NCBI GenBank assembly: GCA_965205675.1
Contig: OZ242186.1
Span: 1 to 64,000, forward strand
Direction of reading: 5' to 3'
Origin: Nitrosopumilus sp.
Lineage (GTDB): Archaea > Thermoproteota > Nitrososphaeria > Nitrososphaerales > Nitrosopumilaceae
DNA length: 64,000 bases
Part shown: positions 10,286 to 19,617 of the stretch, in pieces
How positions within the stretch are numbered: position 1 is the stretch's first letter
How the letters are laid out: each line of letters starts with the position of its first letter
Position numbers and translations under genes: made by a program
The notes under the pieces: model-generated
Databases searched by the model: none
The model's input: only the letters and a program-made list of their open reading frames with translations
What the model was told of the DNA's origin: nothing

Positions 10286-10693
10286 CTAATTTGCAAAAGC
10301 TAACCAATCAATTATTCTATCAATATTAGATGAAGTCAAAATGACTTTGATTGGTCCTAATGGAGATTCTTCCGATTTATCACAAATTGCTATTTTTTCA
10401 ACAAAAGCTGCTTGTTTATTCAAAAAAAACCAAGTCATATTATCCTCTAAATTATTTTCTAAATTTCGGGTATAGTTTTTTTGGGATTGTGTTAATGAAA
10501 TTGATTCATAAATTTTTTCCAAAGATCTTAATTCATTTGATATAGCTTTAATTGAAAAATTTTCATTTTTTATTTCTAAAAATGGAAAAATATTAGAAAT
10601 TGCTTGTTTGATTTTTTTTGGATCTTCAGATGAATTCACCGGACATGTTATTTCAATTTTACAATTAACATTTGGGATTTTCATTCTATCCAA
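10286..10693 (-). CDS. UPF0201/DUF54 RNA-binding family protein
   Basis: SEDPKKI..NIFP, LNKQAAFV, ESPLGPI. Confidence 0.85.
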   Translation of the reverse strand: MDRMKIPNVNCKIEITCPVNSSEDPKKIKQAISNIFPFLEIKNENFSIKAISNELRSLEKIYESISLTQSQKNYTRNLENNLEDNMTWFFLNKQAAFVEKIAICDKSEESPLGPIKVILTSSNIDRIIDWLAFAN

Positions 10694-11232
10694 CTTTGAA
10701 TGATTTTAAAAGCTTGCTCAATTAATTCTTCTTTAGTTAAACCAATATTTGAAATTGCATAATCAGATAGTGCAATTGAATTACTAATGCCAACACCTAA
10801 TTCACGATTATCTCTTTCTTCAAAATGTTCTTTTGTTTGTGGATCATCTGATCTTCCTCTTTTTTGTAAAAAATCAAATCTAGTATCAGTTGATGCATGA
10901 ATTGCCAATAATTTTACAACTCCAAATTTTTTTAATACTTGGATTTCATCATTTGATCTTACTCCATCTATTAAAATTACATTTGAAGATGAAGATTCAA
11001 TTTGTGGTTTAACTAATTCTGTAATTGCTCCAGGGCCATTTTTTTCTCTAAGCTCAAGCATTAATTTCCCAAGATTATCTCTAGTGGATTCCAAATTTCT
11101 TTTTTTTGCCTCTTTTCTTACAGCATTACCCATATTGATAATTTCATATCCTTTGGGTTTCAAACCATCAGCAATTGTAGATTTGCCTGCACCTGGCATG
11201 CCTGTTAAGCACACAATTAATTTTGTCAACAT
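10681..11232 (-). CDS. UPF0200 P-loop kinase (dephospho-CoA kinase-like)
   Basis: GMPGAGKS, IDGVRS..E, RGRSDD, RDNRELGVG. Confidence 0.85.
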   Translation of the reverse strand: MLTKLIVCLTGMPGAGKSTIADGLKPKGYEIINMGNAVRKEAKKRNLESTRDNLGKLMLELREKNGPGAITELVKPQIESSSSNVILIDGVRSNDEIQVLKKFGVVKLLAIHASTDTRFDFLQKRGRSDDPQTKEHFEERDNRELGVGISNSIALSDYAISNIGLTKEELIEQAFKIIQSWIE

Positions 11233-11301
11233 ATATCAAAAAAAAGGCTCGTCTATGAAGTTACCGGAAATAATTATAAACATAATTCAAAAGATCTTAT
11301 A

Positions 11302-11844
11302 ATGCGTGTTTTTGTAGCAATTGAAATCATAGATAAAACAGTGATTAATTCGATCAAAAAATTTCAAAATGAATTAAAAATTGATGCAAAACCTGTTGAA
11401 CCGGAAAATTTTCATTTTACATTACAATTTTTAGGGGAAATTTCACAAGATCTTTCTCTTAAAATCATCAAGGCCCTGCAAACAATAGAATTTTCAAGTT
11501 TTGATCTAGTTCTTAAAGGAACAGGAGTTTTTCCTAATCCCAAGTTTCCTAGGGTAGTTTGGATAAGTACGGATGAAAAAGGAAGAAAATTGTTAATTCA
11601 GCTATCCAAAAAGGTGATAAAAGCACTAGAATCATTAGGATTTTTTCCAGATAAGCCGTTCAAACCTCATATCACAGTATTTAGAATTAAAAAGAAGATT
11701 GGAGATATTTCAAAAGAATTGGAAAATCAAAAATTAGCTGATTTTGGAACAGAAAAGGTATTGAATATTAAATTGAAAAAAAGCAAACTTACTTCAAGTG
11801 GACCAATTTATTCAGATTTAGGGGAGATTAGTGCAAAAGAATGA
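11302..11844 (+). CDS. thpR: RNA 2',3'-cyclic phosphodiesterase (2H family)
   Basis: Two HxT motifs (HFTLQFLG, PHITV), RVVW. Confidence 0.92.
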   Translation: MRVFVAIEIIDKTVINSIKKFQNELKIDAKPVEPENFHFTLQFLGEISQDLSLKIIKALQTIEFSSFDLVLKGTGVFPNPKFPRVVWISTDEKGRKLLIQLSKKVIKALESLGFFPDKPFKPHITVFRIKKKIGDISKELENQKLADFGTEKVLNIKLKKSKLTSSGPIYSDLGEISAKE

Positions 11845-13172
11845 AACAAATAATTTCTAAAGTTTCTAAAACTGTAATACCTTCAAAAATAATAGAAAAA
11901 TCAAAGAAGCAAATTGCAGAAAAAGCTTTTAGTTTAGTTGAAAAAGAAGTTGGAAAATATCCAGAAGTGGTTGGATTAGAATTTGGTGGATCATTTGCAA
12001 AGGGTACTTGGCTAACTAAAGATGCAGATATTGATATTTTTATTAAATTCAGAAAAACCGTGTCTGAAGAAAAGTTTGAAAAAATTGCTGAAAAAATTGG
12101 ATTTGATTCATTAAAAAAGCATTCCCCATACGTTAGATATTCTCAACATCCCTATGTTGAGGCTAAAATTGGAAATACTAAGATCAATGTTGTACCATGT
12201 TATTATGTAGAAATCGGTGAATGGAAAAGTGCTGCAGACAGATCTCCATTTCATACACAATTTATGAAAAAATCACTAACATCAAAAATGAGAAATGAAG
12301 TACGAGTTCTGAAAATATTTCTAAAGTCAAATAGAATTTATGGTTCAGAAATAGCAAAACGAGGATTTAGTGGCTATATTTCAGAAGTTTTGATTTTAGA
12401 ATTTGGAAATTTTGAAAATCTTATAAAATCAATTTCAGAAATTAAAGAAAATCAAATCATTGGAAAAACAACTAAAAAATTTGATACGTCAATTGTAGTA
12501 ATTGATCCAATAGACAGTAACCGAAATTTAGCTGCTGCTATTTCTGATGAAAATATTGGAAAATTTATTCTTATTTCAAGAGCGTTTAAAGAAAAACCAA
12601 GTTTAAAATTTTTCAAGATTAGAAAACCAAGAATATCAAATAGATTTTGGAATAATTTGTTGGTTGTAAAATTTAATTTTAAAACTAGAAGTCCAGATAT
12701 TATTTGGGGACAAATCAAAAGAGCAACTTCAACATTATCTACACAGCTAGAATTAGGAGGATTTACGGTATTGAGGAGCAAATCTCACACAGATCAACAA
12801 AGAGAAGTCTTTCTTTTGTTCTTTTTAGAGTCTACAAAAATTAGTGAGATCTATTGTAAAAAAGGGCCAGAATTTTTCAGAGAAGATAGTACTTATAGTT
12901 TCATTACTAAAAATCTCAAAAATGCAGAACTAGTATGGGTTGGAAATGATAAAAAAATAATTTCTTTAGAAAAAAGAAATCATACTGATGTAGTAAGTTT
13001 TATGAAAGAATTTTTGAAGAAAAATCTTCAGATAGGCATACCAAAAGGTCTTCAAAGTGATTTTAAACGAGGTTTCAAGATATCTGTGGGAAACAAAAGT
13101 CTAAGTAAATCAATTAAAGAGGAAGCAGCTGAGTTGATTTCAGTAGATGGCACACTCCTTCATTTCAATTAA
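11841..13172 (+). CDS. cca: CCA-adding enzyme (archaeal class I)
   Basis: GSFAKGTWL..DIDIF, HPYV, AADRSPFH, GFSGY, DPID..RN. Confidence 0.95.
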   Translation: MKQIISKVSKTVIPSKIIEKSKKQIAEKAFSLVEKEVGKYPEVVGLEFGGSFAKGTWLTKDADIDIFIKFRKTVSEEKFEKIAEKIGFDSLKKHSPYVRYSQHPYVEAKIGNTKINVVPCYYVEIGEWKSAADRSPFHTQFMKKSLTSKMRNEVRVLKIFLKSNRIYGSEIAKRGFSGYISEVLILEFGNFENLIKSISEIKENQIIGKTTKKFDTSIVVIDPIDSNRNLAAAISDENIGKFILISRAFKEKPSLKFFKIRKPRISNRFWNNLLVVKFNFKTRSPDIIWGQIKRATSTLSTQLELGGFTVLRSKSHTDQQREVFLLFFLESTKISEIYCKKGPEFFREDSTYSFITKNLKNAELVWVGNDKKIISLEKRNHTDVVSFMKEFLKKNLQIGIPKGLQSDFKRGFKISVGNKSLSKSIKEEAAELISVDGTLLHFN

Positions 13173-13908
13173 AAAATTTTTAGAAGAGCCATACTCAAAC
13201 ATTTTAGGATATCCAAATGCAACTAGCCGTCAAATTAAATCAAGAATTAATGAATTAGAAAAATTAAAAATCAAGTCAATTTCTTTAACAGGTCCTACTA
13301 CACTTGGAAATTTAGCAATTTTAGGAAAAGGCTATGTTGGAGTTGTGGTAATTGCGAAAAAAGGTAACAAAGAAGTTGCTTTAAAAATTAGAAGGACAGA
13401 TTCTCCAAGAAAAGATATGAAAAATGAAGCAGAATTGTTAAAATTAGTTAATTCAGTTAAAGTTGGTCCAAAAATGATTGACGTTAGTAAAAATTTCTTA
13501 GTTATGGAATACCTTGAAGGGGAGAAATTTGGTAATTGGATTGAAATGTTAAAAGGAGTTGGAAGTGCAAAAAAAATGAAAATTATAATAAAAAGTGTGT
13601 TAGAAGATTGTTACAGATTAGATCAAATAGGATTTGATCATGGCGAATTAAGTAATATTTCAAAACATGTTATTGTTGGTAAAACAAAAGCTTCATTAAT
13701 TGATTTTGAAAGTTCTAGTACAAAGAGAAGACCATCTAACGTTACATCAATAACTCAAGCTTTTTTTATTGGATCAGGCATTGCGAAAAAAGCTCAAAAA
13801 ATTTATAAAAACTCATCCAAAGAAAAAATTATTCATATACTGTCATCATACAAACAAGAAAAATCCAGAGAAAATTTTGAAAAATTACTAAAAATTCTAA
13901 AATTATAA
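13147..13908 (+). CDS. Archaeal Ser/Thr protein kinase
   Basis: LGKGYVGVV, VALK, HGEL, IDFE. Confidence 0.85.
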   Translation: MAHSFISIKKFLEEPYSNILGYPNATSRQIKSRINELEKLKIKSISLTGPTTLGNLAILGKGYVGVVVIAKKGNKEVALKIRRTDSPRKDMKNEAELLKLVNSVKVGPKMIDVSKNFLVMEYLEGEKFGNWIEMLKGVGSAKKMKIIIKSVLEDCYRLDQIGFDHGELSNISKHVIVGKTKASLIDFESSSTKRRPSNVTSITQAFFIGSGIAKKAQKIYKNSSKEKIIHILSSYKQEKSRENFEKLLKILKL

Positions 13909-13930
13909 TAGGATCGGCAGATTTGGAACT
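13909..13930 (-). repeat. Degenerate copy of the tRNA-Pro 3' end (att-like site)
   Basis: TAGGATCGGCAGATTTGGAACT aligns with TGGGAACGGCAGGATTTGAACCT (16137-16159) in the same orientation. Confidence 0.55.
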
Positions 13931-14012
13931 AGTTTGGTGATTATTTAGATCCCAAATAGGCTTGCACGTCAAATACTGTTTAGCGAATATTGGCCACACA
14001 TAAAAGTTGAAT

Positions 14013-15506
14013 TTAGATTCGTTTTCTAACTTGCCACACTACAGTTGCAGGAATTCCAACATACATTGCCAAGTTTAGTGCAATTACAGAAATTCCCAGT
14101 CCTAACACTTGTCCTTCTGAACCATCTTCAGCTAGTGTAATAATGGAGAGAGTTGAAATCATTGGAGTGATGAATGCTCTAACTGCTTCTTGGAACATTG
14201 GGTTTTCTCTTTCCAAGTCAGCAATTGTTGGTGAGAATGAATAGTATAATTGGTTAAATCCTGTCATAAATGATGCACCAGAAGCAGTACTCATCACAGT
14301 GTTATCTCTAATTTCTCTTAAGAGTTGAACTTGTGGTGCAAGTTCTGTCCCATAAGCTGCAGTTGCAATTAAACAACCGCCACCAGTATTTTCAGAGGAT
14401 GTAGAAATTTCTTCAGCATCAGAAACAATAGCACCGTATTCAGCATCATTAGCCAAGTCAACTGCAATAACAACTCCATCTTTAATGATTGAAGCAAATA
14501 ATCTTTGTTTCTCTGAATCAATACCAATTATGAAAGGATTTTCATCGATTGAAAACCCTCCAATAAGCTCATTTGTGTTAGTATCAATAAAATCTACTTT
14601 GCCTGCACTTCCAGGACCAGTAACGCCACTCTCTGGCATGTAAGTTACATGAAGTATGTCATTTTTTGTATCTAAAGCAACAGCATGAGTAGGGTTATCA
14701 AGTTTAATTTTTTTATCAATTTCCTGAGTTGTCAAATCAATTACTGTGACATGTGGTGATGCATGATGAGTTACATAGAGCTGATCATTATCATAATCTA
14801 TTTGCATTTGATCAGGAACAAAACCCGTTTGAAGAGTATCAGTAACAGTATGTGATTGTAGATCAATAACAGAGACATTGTTAGTCTCCCAGTTAGTTAC
14901 ATAGCCAATATTTCTTGTATTATCAATAGTAATTAAAAGAGGACTTAGTCCTACAGGTATATCCCCTATACTTGTATCTGTATTAGTATCGATAATGTTT
15001 ACATGATTAACTGTAGAGTGTACTGCATAGAGTAATTCTGTGTTAGGATTATAATCCAATCCAATTGCTTCAGTTTGAAATGTAACATATTCTCTTTGAC
15101 CGTATGGCTTGTCTGATTTAGACCATAAAGTAATTTCTGGTTCTCCGATATCAATCTCTTTTAATTTTTCACCAGTTGTTAAATCATATACAAGAACAGG
15201 AGCATAGTCCCCTACTGTAGCATACATTTTATTTTTTTCTTCCACAATTTCTAAAACTTGAATACCTATTTGAGATGCAATCGTATTAACAATTTTGTTT
15301 GTATTAGCATCAATCACTACAATGTTCCCATCTTCAGGATTTGAAACATATACTTTATCTCCAGATATTTCTACAAATAATGCAGAAGATCCTACATTAA
15401 TTTTCTGTGTAAAATCACCTGCTTCTTGGGCATGAGCATTTGGAATGATTAAGACCATAGAGAAAACAGTTGCTAAAAGTAAGAACAGGGAATATTTTCT
15501 AAACAT
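14013..15506 (-). CDS. YncE/YVTN-like beta-propeller surface protein with CFI-box-CTERM domain
   Basis: Signal peptide, YVTN..NNVSVID repeats, GGCLIATAAYGTELAPQVQ, C-terminal TM. Confidence 0.9.
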   Translation of the reverse strand: MFRKYSLFLLLATVFSMVLIIPNAHAQEAGDFTQKINVGSSALFVEISGDKVYVSNPEDGNIVVIDANTNKIVNTIASQIGIQVLEIVEEKNKMYATVGDYAPVLVYDLTTGEKLKEIDIGEPEITLWSKSDKPYGQREYVTFQTEAIGLDYNPNTELLYAVHSTVNHVNIIDTNTDTSIGDIPVGLSPLLITIDNTRNIGYVTNWETNNVSVIDLQSHTVTDTLQTGFVPDQMQIDYDNDQLYVTHHASPHVTVIDLTTQEIDKKIKLDNPTHAVALDTKNDILHVTYMPESGVTGPGSAGKVDFIDTNTNELIGGFSIDENPFIIGIDSEKQRLFASIIKDGVVIAVDLANDAEYGAIVSDAEEISTSSENTGGGCLIATAAYGTELAPQVQLLREIRDNTVMSTASGASFMTGFNQLYYSFSPTIADLERENPMFQEAVRAFITPMISTLSIITLAEDGSEGQVLGLGISVIALNLAMYVGIPATVVWQVRKRI

Positions 15507-15720
15507 ACAAAAAACTGCAAATTCTAGGTTTTTAAATCTAACCTAGTTTTCCAACATTGTTTTAAAGCCAAATTCTAGAGATCTAAATTGTGTTTGTTCT
15601 TATTATGGTTCACAGACCAAACTTCGTTTTGCAAGTATTGGTTTGAGTTCCTAGAGAGATTTGAGCTGTTTTAGTAATAGTTAGGCTGTCAAAGGGAATT
15701 ACAAAGTTAGTTTAAATCTC

Positions 15721-16134
15721 TTATCAATATCAGAACAAAAAGCATGATTCATCATTAGACTTTGTATTCTCTTTTAGTTTTACTTGTTCATCATATCATC
15801 CCATTTCTTGTTTCTTTTCTTCTAATCTTTGATCTGCTAGTTCTTTTGAAGATATAGATTGGAATTGCTTATTTTCCTACTCTAATTGCTTCACTAATGC
15901 TTCTAAAGAAATCACCTCATCTTGTAAACTATTAATCTGATTTTCAAGCATAAAGCCTTGAAGTTCTGTACTAATAACAGATGGAATAGATTCTTGGGTA
16001 GATTGAGCTTTGGGTTAGGCATTTCCTGTTTTAGTTGTTTTACTAAATGCTTCTTGAGACAATAACGTATCCTGTAAATTATTAATCTGACTCTCAAGCA
16101 TAGAGACTTGAAGTTTTGTGTCAAAAACAGGTGG
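15721..16134 (-). pseudogene. 3' remnant of a coiled-coil repeat protein with a decayed CFLFWCW-like tail
   Basis: Two imperfect ~150-bp units (MLESQINNLQD / MLENQINSLQD); ends TGC TTT TTG TTC TGA TAT TGA TAA; starts abruptly at the tRNA 3' end. Confidence 0.65.
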
Positions 16135-16136
16135 GG

Positions 16137-16210
16137 TGGGAACGGCAGGATTTGAACCTGCGACCACTAGTCCCCCAGACTAGTATCATACCAAGCTAGA
16201 CTACGATCCC
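16137..16210 (-). tRNA. tRNA-Pro(GGG)
   Basis: GGGATCG acceptor, anticodon stem CTAGT/ACTAG around CTGGGGG, GGTTCAAATCC T-arm; U-U mismatch in acceptor stem; CCA not encoded. Confidence 0.95.
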
Positions 16211-16266
16211 TTGCTTCAGAGACACAAAATGAAATTATTAAATCGTCCTATTAATAGACAGAATCA

Positions 16267-16476
16267 ATGAAACTTTGCAATATTTGTCATAAGATTTCTG
16301 CTACAGATGAAGATCATCTAGATTGTGTTCAAAGAAGAAGTATAGAGTTAGAAGCTGAAGATTTCAAAAATCGTATTCCTGAAGAACTCAATCTTTCAAA
16401 AAATACTCAAGAATTAGATATTAGAGTGAAGGCAATATTAGAACATCTTTCAAAAATCAAAGATTCAGATGAATAA
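16267..16476 (+). CDS. Small hypothetical protein, possible Zn-binding
   Basis: CxxC..HxxC pattern. Confidence 0.6.
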   Translation: MKLCNICHKISATDEDHLDCVQRRSIELEAEDFKNRIPEELNLSKNTQELDIRVKAILEHLSKIKDSDE

Positions 16477-16477
16477 A

Positions 16478-17626
16478 CTATAACCATTTTGATAGTCTTT
16501 CTTTTTCAAATTCAATTTTTTTAGAAAGATTATCAGTTGTTGATTCTGTAAGATTTGTTGATGGTTTAGCATTTGTGAACATATCAACTTCAATTATAGA
16601 TGCTGTATCCCTGCCAGATTCAATGAAACATCCACCTTTTCCATCAAATAACGTAGATTCTTTTTGTGATTGAATTTTTAAAATAATATTTTTAGCAACT
16701 GTGATTCCTTCTCCTTCTGCAAAAATTCCTGCTTTTGGAACTGCCATGTTTTCTGCAACAGTTAAACTAGTTACATCCCCAATTGCAAAAACATTCTCAA
16801 AAGATGTTTTACAATCTCTGTCTATTGGAATAAATCCAGATTCTTTGGCCAATCCAGAATCATAAATTATTTTTGGAGCAATATGAGGAGGAACAGCTAA
16901 AAGTAGATCAAAATCAGCTTCACCATTTTCAAAAATTAATTTTTTGGATTCAACAGATTTTATTTTGGATAAACTATGAAAAATAATTTTTTCAGAACTT
17001 ATTAATTCAAGAATTTGTTTACTTACTTCAGATCCAGCTGCAGGTAAGGTAATTGGAGCAGGACTGTAAAAGTCAATTTGTACAGAATCACGAATTCCTC
17101 GCTTTCTTAACATAGAATCTATCAATAAACTAGCCTCAAATGGTGCTGGAGGGCATTTGTAAGGCATTCCCATTATTGATAATGCAATTTTTCCAGATTC
17201 AATATTCTCAAGTTTTTCACGTATTTCTAAAAGTTGATCATGATCATAAAGATTGAATCCGTTCTCTTCTAATCCCGGAATTTTCTGAGGAGCTAATACT
17301 GCGCCCATAGAAATAATGAGAAAATCAAAAGAAATTTCTTTAGTTTTTGTTTTTACATTATTATCTTCAAGGTTAATTGATAAAATTTCATCTTTAATAA
17401 AATCAATTCCTTTTTTTGATAATTCGTTTAACGAACCAATTGAATTCTTAAAGGTACGAGTTCCATTAATAATCCATAATTTTGCAAATCCAACCATGAA
17501 CCAATCTTTTTTATCAATTAGAGTAATTTTTAGTTGAGATGAAGATAGTGTGTTTCTTAATTCATTAGCAGCTGAGAGTCCACCAAATCCTCCTCCTAAA
17601 ATTACAACATGTGGAATATTTGTCAA
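16478..17626 (-). CDS. FAD-dependent oxidoreductase, sulfide:quinone oxidoreductase-like
   Basis: GGGFGG, YKCPPAPFE, FAIGD, PKAG..A, CFIE. Confidence 0.85.
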   Translation of the reverse strand: MTNIPHVVILGGGFGGLSAANELRNTLSSSQLKITLIDKKDWFMVGFAKLWIINGTRTFKNSIGSLNELSKKGIDFIKDEILSINLEDNNVKTKTKEISFDFLIISMGAVLAPQKIPGLEENGFNLYDHDQLLEIREKLENIESGKIALSIMGMPYKCPPAPFEASLLIDSMLRKRGIRDSVQIDFYSPAPITLPAAGSEVSKQILELISSEKIIFHSLSKIKSVESKKLIFENGEADFDLLLAVPPHIAPKIIYDSGLAKESGFIPIDRDCKTSFENVFAIGDVTSLTVAENMAVPKAGIFAEGEGITVAKNIILKIQSQKESTLFDGKGGCFIESGRDTASIIEVDMFTNAKPSTNLTESTTDNLSKKIEFEKERLSKWL

Positions 17627-17627
17627 C

Positions 17628-18368
17628 TTAACGTTCTTGAGTTGTAGGTCGAATCAAAATTTCATTTACATTAACATGTGATGGCGAATCAACAGCATAC
17701 AAAATTGCGTTTGCAATATCTTCTGCCTGCAAAGCCTTCATTTTCTTTGCATTTTCAATAAATCCTTGGAGGGACTCATCAGTAATTGCATCATTAAGTT
17801 CTGTATCAACAACTCCTGGTTCAATACTAGTTACTCTAATGTTAGATCGAACACTAAATTCTTGTCTTAATCCCTCACTAAATGCGGCAACTGCATGTTT
17901 AGTTGCACAGTAAACACTACCAGCAGGAAAAACTATTCTTCCAGCAACAGATGAGAGATTAACTATGTGACCAGATTTTTTTTCTTTCATGTGAGAAATT
18001 ACAGCGCCTGTAGAATACAAAACACCTTTGATGTTCACATCAACCATTTTATCCCATTCATCAACTTTGAGGTTTTTGAAGAAACTCAAAGGCATTAATC
18101 CTGCATTATTTACAAGGATATCTATAGAGCCCCATTTTTCTAAAACTGCTTTAGCAAAATCATTACATTCAATTCTTTGTGTCACATCTAATTTTTGGTA
18201 AAAAACTTCTCCACCATCATCAGATATTTTTTTTGCAAGTTCTTCTAATTTGTTGACTCTTCTAGCACCTATAGCAACTTTTACACCTGCTTTTGATAAG
18301 GCCAAAGCAGTAGCAAATCCAATTCCACTACTAGCTCCGGTAATTATTGCAACTTTATCCTTAATCAT
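17628..18368 (-). CDS. SDR family oxidoreductase
   Basis: TGASSGIG, NNAG, YCATK. Confidence 0.95.
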   Translation of the reverse strand: MIKDKVAIITGASSGIGFATALALSKAGVKVAIGARRVNKLEELAKKISDDGGEVFYQKLDVTQRIECNDFAKAVLEKWGSIDILVNNAGLMPLSFFKNLKVDEWDKMVDVNIKGVLYSTGAVISHMKEKKSGHIVNLSSVAGRIVFPAGSVYCATKHAVAAFSEGLRQEFSVRSNIRVTSIEPGVVDTELNDAITDESLQGFIENAKKMKALQAEDIANAILYAVDSPSHVNVNEILIRPTTQER

Positions 18369-18475
18369 TTAAATCTCTAAAATTAAGGAAAGTTGAACAT
18401 CGTAAAAATGTTTAGACACTAAATAATTGAAAAAGTCATTGACACCTTTATTAAAAGAAAACAATAATTAAAAAT

Positions 18476-18697
18476 ATGGAATCAGAAAAATGTGCATATT
18501 GTGGAGATTTAACAGATATGCCATTTCAATGCAATTACTGCAAAGATCCTTTCTGTGCAGAACATAGACTTCCTGAAGAACATAGATGTGTGAAACTAAA
18601 CCAAATTAGAGCAAAAAGATTTGGTGAAAAAAAAGTTGTTCGAGATGGAGGACGTAACAGACCAAGTATTTTAAAACGAATTTTTGGGAGATTCTAA
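18476..18697 (+). CDS. AN1-type zinc-finger protein
   Basis: CxxC..FQCNYC..FCAEHRLPEEHRC. Confidence 0.9.
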   Translation: MESEKCAYCGDLTDMPFQCNYCKDPFCAEHRLPEEHRCVKLNQIRAKRFGEKKVVRDGGRNRPSILKRIFGRF

Positions 18698-18699
18698 AA

Positions 18700-18974
18700 T
18701 TAATACGGACTTTTTTCAGGAGAAATTTTTGCTGGTCTTTCTTGATGAATTAATGCGATAACAAGTGCAAATATCACCATAGTTATCAACGGAAAGTTTT
18801 GTGGTGCAGGTAAAATAAACCAATAATAAATTCCAAAACCAATGGATACAAGAGCTTGTGTCCATGATTTTATCCATTTTGATGCTTTTACTGTCTACTA
18901 ATAGCTTCAACTGCAAAAATGCCGATTACTGGATAAAATAGAAAATCAACTACATCAACACCTGTATGAGACGT
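18700..18974 (-). pseudogene. Frameshifted small membrane protein gene
   Basis: DVVDFLFYPVIGIFAVEAISR, then a frameshift to KWIKSWTQALVSIGFGIYYWF..EKSPY*; ACG at the expected start. Confidence 0.55.
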
Positions 18975-19005
18975 AATTTGTTATAATAAAAGGTATAATT
19001 TCTAT

Positions 19006-19563
19006 CTAATCTTCCAGATGAACCTTAGTTGCGACATTTTTGGTAATTAAAGCCTGGGCATTCTCGTATGGAATTGTAGCTATATCTTCAGTTTTGAATG
19101 GACCGTATTTTTCAAGATCAACACCTACAATTTCGTCTACTTCATGCAAAAATCTAATAACAATTTTTTTTGTTTTGTGGTTGTGTGCTAATAATTCCAA
19201 AAATTTTGATTTTCCATTAATTGTTGCAGACAGAATCATCTCTATTCGTTCTCTTTGATCTTCTTGTGAATCCAAAATAAATTTTTCTTCATCTAATAGA
19301 TAGCCAATTTCTATGTCTGAAGATTTTGAAATTTTATCTAATCTTATTTCAATTAATAGTGACGTCAGTTCTGTAACCATTTCTATCATAGTATCTTTAA
19401 TTTTATTTTCTACTCCATCAAATTCTTGTTTTTGTAAATTTCCAATAAAATTGGCAAGATTTCTGTAAAAATTAGGATCAATTTCTAAAATAGAATCGTT
19501 TTCAATTTCACGTAAAACGGCATGATGTAGAGAGTGGATATTGATTTGATTTGATTCTGACAT
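19006..19563 (-). CDS. GINS complex protein (Gins15/51-type)
   Basis: Helical A domain (FY..EIRLDKI..EEK) followed by B domain GVDLEKYGPF..DIATIPYENA. Confidence 0.85.
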   Translation of the reverse strand: MSESNQINIHSLHHAVLREIENDSILEIDPNFYRNLANFIGNLQKQEFDGVENKIKDTMIEMVTELTSLLIEIRLDKISKSSDIEIGYLLDEEKFILDSQEDQRERIEMILSATINGKSKFLELLAHNHKTKKIVIRFLHEVDEIVGVDLEKYGPFKTEDIATIPYENAQALITKNVATKVHLED

Positions 19564-19617
19564 TTCTTACCTAATCCTTAAATGGCTGATGTATTTGTGT
19601 TTGATTGAAGAATAAAA

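Noticed and set aside
14013-14380. Similarity between 14013-14380 and 37050-37414
   Set aside because: Explained by the shared CFI-box-CTERM domain, not a mobile repeat
15912-16124. 70-aa ORF with an internal repeat
   Set aside because: Mostly the wrong frame of the pseudogene at 15721-16134
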